Assembly (NCBI GenBank): GCA_049968755.1
Contig: JBMFQE010000004.1
Span: 140,264-204,263 of the forward strand
DNA from: Bacteroidales bacterium
GTDB taxonomy: Bacteria; Bacteroidota; Bacteroidia; Bacteroidales; DTGW01
Direction of reading: 5' to 3'
DNA: 64,000 bases
A program made the position numbers and the translations under genes. The notes beneath the pieces were generated by a model, which saw nothing but the letters and a program-made list of their open reading frames with translations, was not told the DNA's origin and did not search any database. Positions 10,392-20,584 of this stretch are shown piece by piece (the first letter of the stretch is position 1; every line of letters starts with the position of its first letter).

Positions 10392-10682
10392 ATGCGAAGA
10401 AGCAACAGCGAAACCCTTGGAGAGGTTATCCAGCGTTTGCTCAAGGCTTACGGGCTGGAACAAAAACTCAATGAATCAAGAATTTATGAGGTGTGGCCAG
10501 ATGTGGTGGGCGAGGCTATTGCTAAACGTACCAAACGACTGGCTATTGTTAATCGGGTATTATTCGTATATCTCAACTCATCGGTAGGTAAAGCTGAATT
10601 ATTAAAAATAAAGGATTCGCTTCCACAGGCACTTAATCGGATGGCAGGTCTTGACATGGTGGACGAAGTAGTAATCAGGTAA
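10392..10682 (+). CDS. DUF721 / DciA-family protein
   Basis: MRRSNSETLGEVI...WPDVVGEAIAKRT...LFVYLNSS. Confidence 0.85.
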   Translation: MRRSNSETLGEVIQRLLKAYGLEQKLNESRIYEVWPDVVGEAIAKRTKRLAIVNRVLFVYLNSSVGKAELLKIKDSLPQALNRMAGLDMVDEVVIR

Positions 10683-10693
10683 TGTGAGTATTT

Positions 10694-13600
10694 ATGGATT
10701 TACAAAGGCTACTGGAGATTTTTTCTGCGCATCCTCAATACAATCAACTCAAGGAAAACCTAAATAACGACTCATTCACTCCTCGTATCCAGCTTGCGGG
10801 ATTAAAAGGTTCAGCACGATCGCTATTGATTGCATGGCTGGCAAGGCAGAGTGTTCGAACCCATCTGGTACTATTGCCCGATAAGGAGGAGGCTCAATAT
10901 TTTGCTGGTGACATGATTCAATGTCTCGATCCAGCTCATGTGTTTTTATTTCCCTCATCCTACAAACATCCCGGGCAAAGTACCCGTATCGATCCAATAT
11001 CGGTTCTTCAACGGGCAGAGATATTGAATTATTTTATCCGTCGCCCCGATCATGCAACCGTTGTGGTTACCTATACCGATGCCATTGCCGAAAAAGTTGT
11101 AGCTCACCGGGATATTGCCCAGCATACGCTGACTGTTCACAGGGGAGAAAAGATCGACATGGATTTTTTGAGGGAAACTCTCGATGCATATGGATTTCAA
11201 CGGGTCGATTTTGTTTACGAACCAGGCCAGTATGCTCTGCGGGGCAGCCTTGTTGATGTTTTTTCGTTTGCCGCCCGTCATCCTTTTCGCATCGACTTTT
11301 TCGATGATGTAGTCGACTCCATCCGGAGCTTCGACATCGAAAGCCAGCTTTCCTTTGAAAAACTGGACAAAATTCAGATATTACCCGATATTAAGCAAAT
11401 AGAGTTGAGCGGATCCAAAATTTCGATGATCGAGTACCTGCCTGCCGATACCTGCTGCTGGATCCCGGATCATCGACTGATTAGCGGGCAGTTGGACAGT
11501 TTACCTAATATGCGTTGGGAGATCTATACTGAGGATGGTAGCAACGAAGGACAGCATAAGCCCGATCTTATCGGTAGCGAACATTTTCATTCCCTTTTGC
11601 AGCAAAGGTGCGTAATTGAATTTTCGGGATTAGAAAAACAAAACCATAATAAAATCATTTTCAACACATCAACCCAACCGGCTTTTCATAAAAAGTTTGA
11701 TCTCCTGGCCGAACATCTGCTCGATAATATTACAAAAGGCTATCGTACTATCATTTGCAGTGAAAATGAGAAACAACTCCAACGTCTGAAGGATATTTTT
11801 CGTTCGACACATCCAGAAGACCTTTTTGAACCCCTTCGGGCAGGATTTCATGAAGGATTTACCGACCACGACCTTAAAGTTTGTCTATACACCGATCATC
11901 AGATTTTCGAACGTTATCAACGGAGCCAGTTCGAGCGGCCGGTCAAAATTTCGCCCAAACACGTAATTCAGGAACTTTCCGATTTGCATCCCGGCGACTA
12001 TGTGGTACATATCGACCATGGTATTGGTATTTTTGGGGGTATCGAAAAAGTAGAAATCAACGGCAAATGGCAGGAGGTAATTAAATTGGTTTACCGGGAC
12101 AATGATGTGCTGTATGTGGGGGTTAACTCCCTTCACCGTATTTCGAAATATCGGGGCAAAGATGACGAACCTCCAAAAATCTATAAGCTGGGGAGCAATA
12201 ACTGGCAGAAGCTAAAGCAAGCTACCAAAAAGAAGATTAAGGATATAAGCCGTGAGCTGATAGCCCTTTATGCCAAACGTATCGAGACAAAAGGTTTTAG
12301 CTTCAGCCCCGACACCTATTTGCAGCAAGAACTTGAAGCATCGTTTATTTATGAAGATACACCCGACCAGGAAAAGGCAACACGCCTGGTAAAGCAGGCT
12401 CTGGAAAGCGAACATCCGGCAGACGTGCTGGTGTGCGGAGATGTAGGCTTTGGCAAAACTGAGGTTGCCATCCGGGCAGCCTTTAAGGCAGCAACCGATG
12501 GCAAACAAACGGCAGTGCTGGTTCCAACCACCATACTTGCCTTACAACACTACAAGACATTTAGCGAACGACTCAAAGATTTTCCGGTTAACGTCGAATA
12601 CATTAGCCGTAACCGCAAGCCCACTGAAATCCGTGAAATATTGCGTAAAGTTGAAAAAGGCGAAATAGATATACTAATTGGCACCCATAAATTGTTGGGC
12701 GGTAGTGTAAAATTCAAAGATTTGGGACTGCTCATCATCGACGAAGAGCAAAAATTTGGGGTAGCTATGAAAGAAAAACTCAAGGCTATGAAAGTAAATA
12801 TCGACTGTATATCACTTTCGGCAACCCCCATTCCGCGAACCCTACAATTTTCGCTGATGGGAGCCCGCGACCTGGCAATCATCAATACGCCACCCCCCAA
12901 TCGTTTTCCGGTTACCACCGAGATTCATACCTTTAATGAGCAAATTATTCGTCAGGGAATATTGAATGAGCTATCCCGGGGAGGACAGGTATTTTTTATC
13001 AACAATAGGATACAAACCATTTACGAGCTGGAGAAAAAATTGCAACAGATCGTACCCGAAGCTCGTATTGCAGTTACCCATGGCCAGATGGATGGTGACA
13101 AACTTGAAAATACCCTTTTTGCTTTCATTAACGGCGATTATGATGTACTGCTCACCACAGCTATCATCGAGTCGGGAGTGGATATTCCCAATGTCAATAC
13201 CATTTTTATCATGGATGCCCATCATTTTGGGCTCAGCGATCTTCATCAGCTTCGGGGAAGGGTGGGTCGATCGAATCGGAAGGCATATTGCTACCTGCTT
13301 ATTCCTTCTTTTCAGGTACTTACCGCTCAGGCCAAACGACGGTTAAAGGCTATTGAGGAAAATTCTGAACTGGGTAGCGGTTTTCAAATTGCCATGCTCG
13401 ACCTCGACATTCGAGGGGCTGGAAATCTGCTCGGTGCCGAACAAAGCGGCTTTATCGCCGAAATGGGTTACGAAACCTACCTGAATATTCTTCAGGAGGC
13501 TATTCAGGAGGTCAAGGAAGAGGAATATCGTGATTTATTTTTCAAGAAAGAAGAGCCTTTGTCAGATACTCAGAATGAAACTGTCAATGTGCTGGAAACC

Positions 13601-14074
13601 CACAAATTTGTCCTCGATTGCCAGATTGATACCGATTTTGAAATCATGCTCCCCGAATCGTACATCGAAAACATTACGGAACGCATTCGGCTTTACCGCG
13701 AGCTCGATGATTTAAATTCGGAAGAAGAGCTTAAACTTTTTGAACATAAGCTGACCGACCGTTTTGGACCCATTCCCGAACCAGCACAACAGCTTATGGA
13801 TATTGTCCGTTTGCGTCGTATGGCTATGCAGTTAGGCTTTGAACGAATATCCATTAAAAATGAACGAATGACCCTGTACTTCGTTCAAAATCAGCAATCA
13901 CCCTATTATCAATCGGAGATATTCGGGCATATCCTGCAATTTGTACAAAAGCATCCACAGGTATTCCGATTCCGCGAGAGCTCTGAGAAACCCTCTATGT
14001 ATACTCAGGGCATAAAAAATGTCAAAATGGCATTAGAGTTGCTACAAAAGTTACAACCAACCAATAACCAATGA
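10694..14074 (+). CDS. mfd: Transcription-repair coupling factor
   Basis: UvrB-like N-terminus, CarD/RID (GDYVVHIDHGIG), CGDVGFGKTEVA, DEEQKFG, SATPIPRTL, QLRGRVGRS, TRCF C-terminus. Confidence 0.97.
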   Translation: MDLQRLLEIFSAHPQYNQLKENLNNDSFTPRIQLAGLKGSARSLLIAWLARQSVRTHLVLLPDKEEAQYFAGDMIQCLDPAHVFLFPSSYKHPGQSTRIDPISVLQRAEILNYFIRRPDHATVVVTYTDAIAEKVVAHRDIAQHTLTVHRGEKIDMDFLRETLDAYGFQRVDFVYEPGQYALRGSLVDVFSFAARHPFRIDFFDDVVDSIRSFDIESQLSFEKLDKIQILPDIKQIELSGSKISMIEYLPADTCCWIPDHRLISGQLDSLPNMRWEIYTEDGSNEGQHKPDLIGSEHFHSLLQQRCVIEFSGLEKQNHNKIIFNTSTQPAFHKKFDLLAEHLLDNITKGYRTIICSENEKQLQRLKDIFRSTHPEDLFEPLRAGFHEGFTDHDLKVCLYTDHQIFERYQRSQFERPVKISPKHVIQELSDLHPGDYVVHIDHGIGIFGGIEKVEINGKWQEVIKLVYRDNDVLYVGVNSLHRISKYRGKDDEPPKIYKLGSNNWQKLKQATKKKIKDISRELIALYAKRIETKGFSFSPDTYLQQELEASFIYEDTPDQEKATRLVKQALESEHPADVLVCGDVGFGKTEVAIRAAFKAATDGKQTAVLVPTTILALQHYKTFSERLKDFPVNVEYISRNRKPTEIREILRKVEKGEIDILIGTHKLLGGSVKFKDLGLLIIDEEQKFGVAMKEKLKAMKVNIDCISLSATPIPRTLQFSLMGARDLAIINTPPPNRFPVTTEIHTFNEQIIRQGILNELSRGGQVFFINNRIQTIYELEKKLQQIVPEARIAVTHGQMDGDKLENTLFAFINGDYDVLLTTAIIESGVDIPNVNTIFIMDAHHFGLSDLHQLRGRVGRSNRKAYCYLLIPSFQVLTAQAKRRLKAIEENSELGSGFQIAMLDLDIRGAGNLLGAEQSGFIAEMGYETYLNILQEAIQEVKEEEYRDLFFKKEEPLSDTQNETVNVLETHKFVLDCQIDTDFEIMLPESYIENITERIRLYRELDDLNSEEELKLFEHKLTDRFGPIPEPAQQLMDIVRLRRMAMQLGFERISIKNERMTLYFVQNQQSPYYQSEIFGHILQFVQKHPQVFRFRESSEKPSMYTQGIKNVKMALELLQKLQPTNNQ

Positions 14075-14171
14075 AACACCCATGTTCCTACGAACGCAAA
14101 CACAATAGTGATAAAATTGCGAACATGGGTGTTCCATCATACCTTTAAAAATTAATTTTATTATGATGAAA
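14071..14171 (+). mobile_element. 95-bp element, copy 2; its leading ATGA contains the mfd TGA stop
   Basis: One substitution relative to copy 3; ATGAAA at 14071 and 14166. Confidence 0.8.
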
Positions 14172-14565
14172 AATAGCTGCATTACCATAACTGTAATTGC
14201 TTTCCTGGGCATACATTTGCAGTCTCCCCCCTTAGTAGAGCAATCCATAGTTTTTGAACGCGAAAAACTTTCCTCACACAACTGTTGTCAAACGGAACCT
14301 CTATGGTTACACGCTGCTATTGCTACGATTGAAACACAAAGTGGTGCAACTGTTCAGAATAAAAAATGCTGGCTCTTTCGTACTTTATTTTCAACTTCCA
14401 TTTGTGTAGGTAGTATTTTTTGGGGTAATGATAATATTGTGGTTGGAATAGCCGAAGTCGATCATAGGGTAGCTGTACATATTCAGTCAAAAATTATTAT
14501 TGAATCAATTATAGCAAACATGATACAGATGTACTTTCGTTCAATTAACTTAAAACCAATATCTT

Positions 14566-15930
14566 ATGCATGATTTAACCCAGGGACACGTTGGTAGACA
14601 AATATTTCGTTTTACGGTTCCCATACTGCTGGGTAACGTTTTCCAGCAGCTGTATCAGATTATCGATAGCATTGTGGTGGGGCACTATCTTGGCAAAGAG
14701 GCATTGGCTGCAGTTGGAGCCTCGTTTCCGCTCATATTTCTGGTATTGTCTTTTACCATTGGCATAGCCATGGCGGGTACTGTTATTGTATCGCAGTATT
14801 TTGGGGCTAAAGACTATGGTGGCGTAAAGCGAAGCGTTGATACACTCAATATCTTCCTGGTTGTCGCTGCTGTAGTTATAGCAGCTATTTCCATCATTTT
14901 TAGTCAGAAAATATTCAGATTAATGCAATTGCCCGATGAAATTATTCCTCCTGCTGTAAGTTTTTTCAATGTGATGATGCTGGGAACGGTTTTTAGTTTT
15001 GGATTCAATGGTACTACAGCGGTTTTACGGGGTATGGGCGATTCTAAAACACCCCTTTACTTTTTGATAACCAGTACCGTGCTGAATATTTTGCTTGATC
15101 TGATTTTTATAGTAGGCTTTCGTTGGGGCATAAACTCTGTAGCCTGGGCTACGGTAATTTCACAAGGCTGTGCGCTGTGCGCACTGGTGTTTTATCTCAA
15201 CAAACGACATGCTATCATAAAATTCAATCCTTCCGACATTAGATTCGATACAGAAATTTTCACCAAAGCCTTGAAAATAGGTTTACCTATTGGCATGCAG
15301 CAATCATTTGTGGCTTTGGGCATGATGGCGTTGATGGTTATCGTAAACAGTTTTGGCACCAATGTTATTGCGGCATATTCCGTTGCCTGGCGAATCGATA
15401 GCTTTGCCTCCATGCCCGGGATGAATCTGGCTATTGCACTCTCGGCCTTTGTGGGTCAAAATATGGGTGCGCATCGTACCGAAAGGGTCGTGACGGGCCT
15501 TAAAGTCACCCTGCTCATGGCCAGTACAGTTGCTGTGGTGATGTCGATTGTAGCCTATGGTTGGGGCAACTACCTTATGCAGGTGTTTACCAGCGATACA
15601 GAGGTTATTGCTATCGGGCATCAGTACCTAAAAATTGTTGGAATGTTTTACCTTGCCTTCAACTCCATGTTTATTATTGGTGCTGTGATGCGGGGAGCCG
15701 GCGATACTTTCATTCCCATGTTACTTTCGCTGTTCTCCCTGTGGGTCGTTCGACTGCCTTTAGCCTATTTTCTTTCCCGACATTTTCACGAAATAGGCAT
15801 CTGGTGGTCGATCCCCATTGGCTGGACCCTTGGAACACTGCTTAGCTTTGCCTATTACAAGATGGGACGCTGGAAAAACAAGGTTATTGTTGATAATAAA
15901 GAAATAATTCCCGAATCAGGGTTAAATTAA
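14566..15930 (+). CDS. MATE family efflux transporter
   Basis: DLTQG...PILLGNVFQQLYQIIDSIVVG, LRGMGDSKTP, about 12 TM segments. Confidence 0.93.
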   Translation: MHDLTQGHVGRQIFRFTVPILLGNVFQQLYQIIDSIVVGHYLGKEALAAVGASFPLIFLVLSFTIGIAMAGTVIVSQYFGAKDYGGVKRSVDTLNIFLVVAAVVIAAISIIFSQKIFRLMQLPDEIIPPAVSFFNVMMLGTVFSFGFNGTTAVLRGMGDSKTPLYFLITSTVLNILLDLIFIVGFRWGINSVAWATVISQGCALCALVFYLNKRHAIIKFNPSDIRFDTEIFTKALKIGLPIGMQQSFVALGMMALMVIVNSFGTNVIAAYSVAWRIDSFASMPGMNLAIALSAFVGQNMGAHRTERVVTGLKVTLLMASTVAVVMSIVAYGWGNYLMQVFTSDTEVIAIGHQYLKIVGMFYLAFNSMFIIGAVMRGAGDTFIPMLLSLFSLWVVRLPLAYFLSRHFHEIGIWWSIPIGWTLGTLLSFAYYKMGRWKNKVIVDNKEIIPESGLN

Positions 15931-15978
15931 TGCGATTGGGAAAATGTTTTTTCGCATGCTTCTCTATCATCTTAAAAG

Positions 15979-17823
15979 CTATTCAATAATCAATTTTTTT
16001 TGCCGTGGATATTTAACCCTATAGCGCAGCTGAATATCTTTTTTACCAAGTGGTTCCAGCTGAAGGGTCCACCTGACCTCACCGTTCTCTCTATTGAGTA
16101 TACCTGCCGACAATTCTTCCACGTTAACCTCTATTTCGCTATTCGTCGAAACAGGAATCTGGTCGTACAAATTGAGCCGGATGGGCTGGTTACGGTTATT
16201 CTTAATCGTGATTAACCATGCCCGAGTTTCTTCTTGTTTAGTACCCAGAAACTGTTTTTTCGTAAAATCTTTGATTTTCTCCCGTTTTACCTGGACACGC
16301 TTATCGCGTCCCAGCGACAGGCTCAGTGTATCGGACAAATTACGTACATCGAGTATCGATCTGCCCACATAGGTATTTTCAAAAAATATATTCGCTTCAC
16401 CCTCAAGCAGATTGTATTTTTCCCAGTCCACCATTTTTGCTATCAAAAAAACATCCCGATCGATTTTGGGTACGCAATGATACTCATATTCGGCATCCAC
16501 CTGATAGGTTTCTATGTCGACGGTAATATTTTTGTTATCGGAATTTAGCGTGTAGGGGGTTTTAATCTCAAATTCTACGGAGGTGTTATTCTCTGTCTGC
16601 TCAATTGGTAAGGGCATGCTCAATGCCTTCATGGCCAGCGATTTTTTGTGAGGGGATTCAGCCAATTCATCGGCACCACTTCCAACAATCGCTACTTCTG
16701 CCATGTATGCTTCTTCGGGTTGCAGAAAGAAATTTATCGATGGTCGGTCGGCAAGCAGCACTTGCGATTGATAACCTACATAATTAGCTTCCAGTTCGGC
16801 ATTGTTTTCGGGAAGGGTTAGCGAATAGCTTCCGCTGGCGTCGGTAAGTGTTCGAATGGTGGTACCCTTGATCATTATTGAGACTCCGGGTAAGGGCTCA
16901 TGGGTAATTGCATCGAATACCTTACCCGACACCTGGCCACTAAAACTGGTATAGCGCGGTGGAACAAGATGGTAATCTAAATAATACGTCTGCAATCGGG
17001 GTGCTACGTTCCCTATTTTTGGGTCCGACGAGGAAAGTTTTAGCCGCACATTTTTCCATTCTTCACTGGTATTTTGACTGACATTGGCTTTGTACACAAT
17101 CTGCACGGGTTCGTCTATGCTATTTACCCGTATATCGTAGGTAGGATACCATCCCGCATTACCTACAAAATACGATAGAGTTATCTCGCCACGTATAACA
17201 GCCAATGTTCGTACTTTCACCAGTACTTCACCCACCGGTAGAGGTTTATTGGCACTGAGCTGTTTTATCTGCCTTTCGATATTTGCTTTTTCAATGCGTA
17301 GCTTATCTACTTTCCCATTGATTTCCAGCAATTTTTGTTTTGCTGCCGCTACTCTATCCCGGTAAAAGTCGACCGTTTGCTTAAAATTGTTCAGGCTTAG
17401 TTCTTGATTCTTTCCACCAATGTTTCTGTTTTCCCTTAAAAAGTCAAGCTCTTCGTTCACTGTCTCGATATTTACATTTTCAAGCTGAATCTTATTTTCA
17501 ACAGCTTTCAAGCGGCTGTTTAATGCTTCAAGCTCCTGTGAACGTTTGATGCTATCGATAAAATTGTACTGATAATTCACTGACAATATCATCACCTCTT
17601 TTGGCGCATTAACCTGAACGCTTTTGGCATCAAGGTAGGGCGATAATCCTGTAAACTTCAAAACTGAGGTACCCTGTGGAATATCCACCGTTTTTTGTCG
17701 GACTACCTGAGCACCATTGGTAAAAACGATAACCTCTCCAGCATCGGTTGTTATTGTTATCTCATTATCCTGTGCCCACAGATACATTTCGTTCAAAAAA
17801 AGAATTAACAGTAATATTCTCAT
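15979..17823 (-). CDS. DUF4140/DUF4139 (MuiA-like) protein with internal carboxypeptidase-regulatory-like domain
   Basis: VIVFTNGAQVVR, LSYFVGNAGWYPTYDIR, DQIPVSTNSEIEV. Confidence 0.85.
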   Translation of the reverse strand: MRILLLILFLNEMYLWAQDNEITITTDAGEVIVFTNGAQVVRQKTVDIPQGTSVLKFTGLSPYLDAKSVQVNAPKEVMILSVNYQYNFIDSIKRSQELEALNSRLKAVENKIQLENVNIETVNEELDFLRENRNIGGKNQELSLNNFKQTVDFYRDRVAAAKQKLLEINGKVDKLRIEKANIERQIKQLSANKPLPVGEVLVKVRTLAVIRGEITLSYFVGNAGWYPTYDIRVNSIDEPVQIVYKANVSQNTSEEWKNVRLKLSSSDPKIGNVAPRLQTYYLDYHLVPPRYTSFSGQVSGKVFDAITHEPLPGVSIMIKGTTIRTLTDASGSYSLTLPENNAELEANYVGYQSQVLLADRPSINFFLQPEEAYMAEVAIVGSGADELAESPHKKSLAMKALSMPLPIEQTENNTSVEFEIKTPYTLNSDNKNITVDIETYQVDAEYEYHCVPKIDRDVFLIAKMVDWEKYNLLEGEANIFFENTYVGRSILDVRNLSDTLSLSLGRDKRVQVKREKIKDFTKKQFLGTKQEETRAWLITIKNNRNQPIRLNLYDQIPVSTNSEIEVNVEELSAGILNRENGEVRWTLQLEPLGKKDIQLRYRVKYPRQKKLIIE

Positions 17824-17879
17824 AGCCTTGAATTATCGAGATTTATTATGATGCTCCAACACCTAAATGGTTGCTTATA

Positions 17880-18806
17880 TTAAAGTTCCGATGTTTCGTG
17901 CATGACTTTAAATCCCTCTCCGAGGATTTCGTTGGTATTGATAATGGTGATGAATGCCCGGGGGTCTATTTTTTTAATTTTTTCTTTTAACAGAAATGCT
18001 TCGCGGCGCGACATATTTGAAAAAATAAGTTTTTTTTCAGCATCAGAATACATTCCTTGCGCTTTAATAAGGGTTGCACCACGTCCAATATCAAAGAGTA
18101 TAACATTTTTCACCTCCTCGTACTGATCGGTTATAATCAGCAGGGTTTTGTTATAGTTAAGTCCTTCGAGTGTAGTGTCTATAACTTTTCCCGAAATATA
18201 GATGACCGTCCAGGAAAGCAGGGGTATTTTCCAGTCCTGGAAAGCAGCCAGACCAATAAGTACTATGGTAGAGTCGACCGCTATCATCAGCTGACCCAAA
18301 GGCAGATGGGTATATTTTTCGAGAATCATACCAATGATGTCGGAACCTCCCGAGGTAGCACGGGTTCTAAAAATCACGCCCAGACCCAGTCCTATCAATA
18401 CCCCTCCAAATATTGCCGAAAGCAAAGCTTCATCGGGTACCAGCGGTTGAGAACCCCACAAAAAGGTCAGCAAATCGATAAAAAAAGAGGACAGCACAAA
18501 ACCTACTACCGTTTTTACACCAAAACGAGGACCCAGAATTTTGATTCCCAGAATTGTTAGCGGAATATTCATGATCAGCCCCATGGTACCAATGGGCAGT
18601 CCATCAGGAGCAAACGAAAACACACCCCGCGTAAGGTAATGAATTACGATAGAAATACCATAGACCCCGCCCGGCACAATACGGTAAGGTGTAACAAAAA
18701 ATACGAAACCTGCAGCCAGAATTAGTGCTCCCAGCGTAATTTGAGCATATACCCTGAACCATTCGCGGGTAAACATTCGTTCGGTGTTGATAAAACTAAT
18801 TTTCAT
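17880..18806 (-). CDS. YitT family membrane protein (DUF161/DUF2179)
   Basis: PYRIVPGGVYGI, ATSGGSDI, IDPRAFI...EILGEGF. Confidence 0.9.
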   Translation of the reverse strand: MKISFINTERMFTREWFRVYAQITLGALILAAGFVFFVTPYRIVPGGVYGISIVIHYLTRGVFSFAPDGLPIGTMGLIMNIPLTILGIKILGPRFGVKTVVGFVLSSFFIDLLTFLWGSQPLVPDEALLSAIFGGVLIGLGLGVIFRTRATSGGSDIIGMILEKYTHLPLGQLMIAVDSTIVLIGLAAFQDWKIPLLSWTVIYISGKVIDTTLEGLNYNKTLLIITDQYEEVKNVILFDIGRGATLIKAQGMYSDAEKKLIFSNMSRREAFLLKEKIKKIDPRAFITIINTNEILGEGFKVMHETSEL

Positions 18807-18897
18807 GCCTGCTGCAATTTTGATAAACAGACGCTAAGGTAGTTAAATATTAGTCTCTTACCAAAATGTTTAATAGCAGCATACAATGAATATCACT

Positions 18898-19827
18898 TCA
18901 GAACTTTTTCTGGTAAAAATGACAATAAGGTGTGGTGCCCTTGTGCTGGTAATACTGCTGATGATAATCCTCGGCAGGATAAAATGTTGTAGCCGGCGAA
19001 ACTCTGGTAACTACAGCGTATCCTTTGGCTTTAAGCTGGTCAATCAGTTTTTGGGCAATATTTTTTTGTTTTTCGTCGAAATAAAAAATTTCGGACCGAT
19101 ACTGGTCGCCCACATCGGGGCCCTGTCGGTTGAGCTGTGTAGGATCGTGGATTTCGAAAAACAGGCGAGCAAGTGCTTCGTAGGTAGTTTTTTGCGGGTC
19201 AAAAGTTACCTCAACGGCTTCGGCATGACCCGTAGTATGCGTGCATACTTGTTCATAGGTAGGATTAGCCACATGGCCCCCGATATAACCGACGCGGGTG
19301 GAAATGACACCCGGTGCTTTTTGTAGGTAGTATTCGACACCCCAGAAACAACCACCTGCAAAAATTGCTTTTTCAGCCGTGGCAGGGGTGTCTTCAACAA
19401 ACTGTAAGCTAATAGAATTGACGCAATGACGGACATTTTTGGGGGTAAAACCTTCCCCTTCGAATACATGCCCCAGATGGGCACCACAACGGGCACAAAC
19501 AATTTCGGTGCGACGTCCATCGGCATCGGGCTGGCGTTTTACAGCGCCCGGTATCTCATCGTCAAAGCTCGGCCAGCCACAATGCGAGTCAAACTTATCC
19601 TCCGAACGATAGAGCGGTGCGTTGCATCGTTTACAAAGGTAGGTACCCTTACCATCAAAGTGTACATATTGGCCACTGAAGGGAGGTTCGGTACCCTTAT
19701 GCAGGATAACCCGTTCTTCCTCGGGAGTAAGCTTGTTGAATTGCATCATGGTATCGGACTTTTGTGAGTGACATCCAAAGTTAACGAAAAATACCAGAAA
19801 ATACGTAAGTTTTATACGGCTGGTCAT
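18898..19827 (-). CDS. msrAB: Bifunctional methionine sulfoxide reductase (MsrB-MsrA order), possible lipoprotein signal
   Basis: GTEPPF, GWPSF, HLGHVF, RHCVNS (MsrB); FAGGCFWG, GHAEAV, AEDYHQQY (MsrA). Confidence 0.93.
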   Translation of the reverse strand: MTSRIKLTYFLVFFVNFGCHSQKSDTMMQFNKLTPEEERVILHKGTEPPFSGQYVHFDGKGTYLCKRCNAPLYRSEDKFDSHCGWPSFDDEIPGAVKRQPDADGRRTEIVCARCGAHLGHVFEGEGFTPKNVRHCVNSISLQFVEDTPATAEKAIFAGGCFWGVEYYLQKAPGVISTRVGYIGGHVANPTYEQVCTHTTGHAEAVEVTFDPQKTTYEALARLFFEIHDPTQLNRQGPDVGDQYRSEIFYFDEKQKNIAQKLIDQLKAKGYAVVTRVSPATTFYPAEDYHQQYYQHKGTTPYCHFYQKKF

Positions 19828-19839
19828 TGCTACAAGATT

Positions 19840-20478
19840 TTAGGGTGCCAGACGGATAATTTGCCAGCCTTTGCTCGTGGCCTCATATAGAATACGGTCG
19901 TGAAGACGGTTGGGGCGTCCCTGCCAAAACTCAATGGAAGATGGGGTAAGTCGAAAACCACCCCAATTGTCGGGACGGGGAATGTTGCCACGGGAGAATT
20001 TTTCGCGAAATTCATAATGTTTTTTTTCGAGCCATGCTCTACTCTCGATAGGTTGACTCTGAGGCGATGCCCATGCACCCAGCCTTGACCCTACCGGTCT
20101 GCCTTCGAAATAGGCATCCGATTCTGCAGCTGAAATTTTTTCCACGCGACCATGGATACGCACTTGTCGCTCCAGCTCCGACCAGTAAAACACCATGGCG
20201 GCATGAGGATTTTGAGCCAAATGCCGGGCTTTCAGGCTATCGTAGTTGGTAAAAAAGGTAAAACTACCTTTTTCAAACGACTTAAGTAAAAGCATGCGTA
20301 CGCTGGGTATTGCCTGCAAATCAGCCGTAGCCAGTGCAAAAGCATTGGGCTCGAATATTTTTGCTTCGTATGCCTGTTCGTACCAACGCTTAAATAGCAC
20401 AAAAGGATCATCTGGAACACTATGTTCGTCAAGTTCCTGCTGGATTATATTCTCCCGTATGTCGAAGATGCTTGCCAT
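19840..20478 (-). CDS. pdxH: Pyridoxamine 5'-phosphate oxidase
   Basis: RMLLLK, FFTNYDS, RQVRIHG, EFWQGRPNRLHDR. Confidence 0.96.
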   Translation of the reverse strand: MASIFDIRENIIQQELDEHSVPDDPFVLFKRWYEQAYEAKIFEPNAFALATADLQAIPSVRMLLLKSFEKGSFTFFTNYDSLKARHLAQNPHAAMVFYWSELERQVRIHGRVEKISAAESDAYFEGRPVGSRLGAWASPQSQPIESRAWLEKKHYEFREKFSRGNIPRPDNWGGFRLTPSSIEFWQGRPNRLHDRILYEATSKGWQIIRLAP

Positions 20479-20584
20479 TTAGGCTATTTTGTCTATTTTG
20501 TCTATGTAAACAGTTTAACACCTTAAAAGTTTGGAATAAGGTAAATAAAAAAAAAGATCGGCACCGCGAGGCGCCGTTATGGTA

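Noticed and set aside
14163-14573. 136-aa ORF starting at the element's terminal ATGATG
   Set aside because: The start is supplied by the repeat, the composition is not protein-like and no family is recognisable; probably incidental, though it could be tested as a de novo ORF
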